A stretch of 50,532 nt of DNA, taken from Chloroflexota bacterium. Lineage in GTDB: Bacteria > Chloroflexota > UBA11872. Below are positions 49,724 through 50,532 of this stretch, in pieces (the stretch's first letter is position 1; the number at the start of each line of letters is the position of its first letter). The position numbers and the translations under genes are program-made. The DNA lies in NCBI GenBank assembly GCA_009839425.1, contig VXPS01000118.1, positions 1-50,532 of the forward strand, written 5' to 3'. The notes under the pieces are model-generated. The model had not been told where the DNA came from and searched no databases. It was given only the letters and a program-made list of their open reading frames with translations.

Positions 49724-50532
49724 TTAGCGATCCGCCAAAATCTGCAGATTAGTCGCCGCGTCCAGCAGCGCCTCCTGCGCCGATATACCCTCAAGCACGA
49801 TTCCCGCGTCGATGGCATTGGTCAACACGCCGCGCTCCTGTCGTGAGAGTCGCACGTACGAGGCGCTAGCCATCAGATCCACCAGCATCTGGAGTTCTTC
49901 GTCCAGCAGCGCCGGCGCAATCGCGCGCAGTTGTTCAGGCGTGGACTTGACCGCCGGCACGAACGCCACATCGCGCAGGGAGCGCTCCAGGGCGCGCATG
50001 GCGTCGTACGCCACCTTGGGTTCCGCGGTCTTGGACGAGATACCGATCATCGTCCAGACATCCGCTGGATTACCCCCGCCACCGAACGACGGGAACGGCA
50101 GCAACACCTGGTTTGGTGAGTGGTCAGTGCGCAGCCAGCCATAGCCCGGTCCTTCGATCAACCCACCGAACATGCCGATGCTTCCCTCGTAATAGGAAAT
50201 CCACACGCGGTCGCCCGACCGCTCGGGTTTCGGCGCGAACCCGTAAACGTGCGCCATGTCGTGGAAGAACTGCGCGACCTCCAGCGCCTCCGCACTGCGC
50301 AGGGCCTCAAACGTCCCGCTCGCGCCGCCCAGATCGCCCAGCGCCGCTTGCATGAATACGTAGGCGGGCGGCCAGCTTGCGTAATCGCCGCCTGGTCCTG
50401 GCCGCGGGTCGACATCCAGAAAAAACCCCAGCCCTTCCTCTCGCCCCTCGATCGAGGGACCGCCCTGCATCGCCAGTCCCGCCTGCAGAAACGCGGCCTG
50501 GTCAAACCCCTGGCGCTGTGGTACCGCAATCC
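49724..50532 (-). CDS. ABC transporter solute-binding protein, C-terminal part (5' end lies beyond the window)
   Basis: The listed ORF 49724..50470 stays open in the same frame up to the window edge (...IAVPQRQGFDQAAFLQAGLAMQGG...). The overall pattern is typical of a family-1 extracellular solute-binding protein. Confidence 0.7.
   Translation of the reverse strand, partial: IAVPQRQGFDQAAFLQAGLAMQGGPSIEGREEGLGFFLDVDPRPGPGGDYASWPPAYVFMQAALGDLGGASGTFEALRSAEALEVAQFFHDMAHVYGFAPKPERSGDRVWISYYEGSIGMFGGLIEGPGYGWLRTDHSPNQVLLPFPSFGGGGNPADVWTMIGISSKTAEPKVAYDAMRALERSLRDVAFVPAVKSTPEQLRAIAPALLDEELQMLVDLMASASYVRLSRQERGVLTNAIDAGIVLEGISAQEALLDAATNLQILADR

Overview
GC-rich bacterial chromosomal window. Bases 1-27698 form one same-strand block with almost no intergenic space: rpoB (3' part), rpoC, rpsL, rpsG, fusA, tuf, the S10, spc and alpha ribosomal-protein operons, then truA, rplM and rpsI. 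This block includes rpmJ, which is missing from the ORF track. Many neighbouring genes overlap by 1-4 nt. The rest is mixed housekeeping and accessory DNA. It holds a minus-strand DmpA-like peptidase and DUF62 SAM-hydrolase pair, then M50 protease, HD protein, scpA and scpB. Next come a PA/M28-like lipoprotein, a MazG fusion, gcvH-gcvPA-gcvPB, a YdjC-like gene divergent from iolD plus a TIM-barrel isomerase, and a minus-strand sugar ABC operon ending in a Gfo/Idh/MocA oxidoreductase. The window ends with a small XRE regulator plus a 337-aa uncharacterised protein, and the 3' part of another solute-binding protein gene. I recognised no rRNA, tRNA, CRISPR array, transposase or integrase. Several features suggest a monoderm high-GC lineage such as Chloroflexota: a long beta-prime, a Bacillus-type S12, Tat-plus-lipobox lipoproteins and a repeat linker in the binding protein. 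This is inference only. The best candidates for something new are the self-contained XRE plus unknown-protein unit (47.8-49.35 kb) and the adjacent 370-bp hairpin-dense noncoding region. Unusual insertions in IF-1 and in zinc-type S14 are secondary curiosities. Many ORF-track starts are longest-ORF artefacts and were trimmed.
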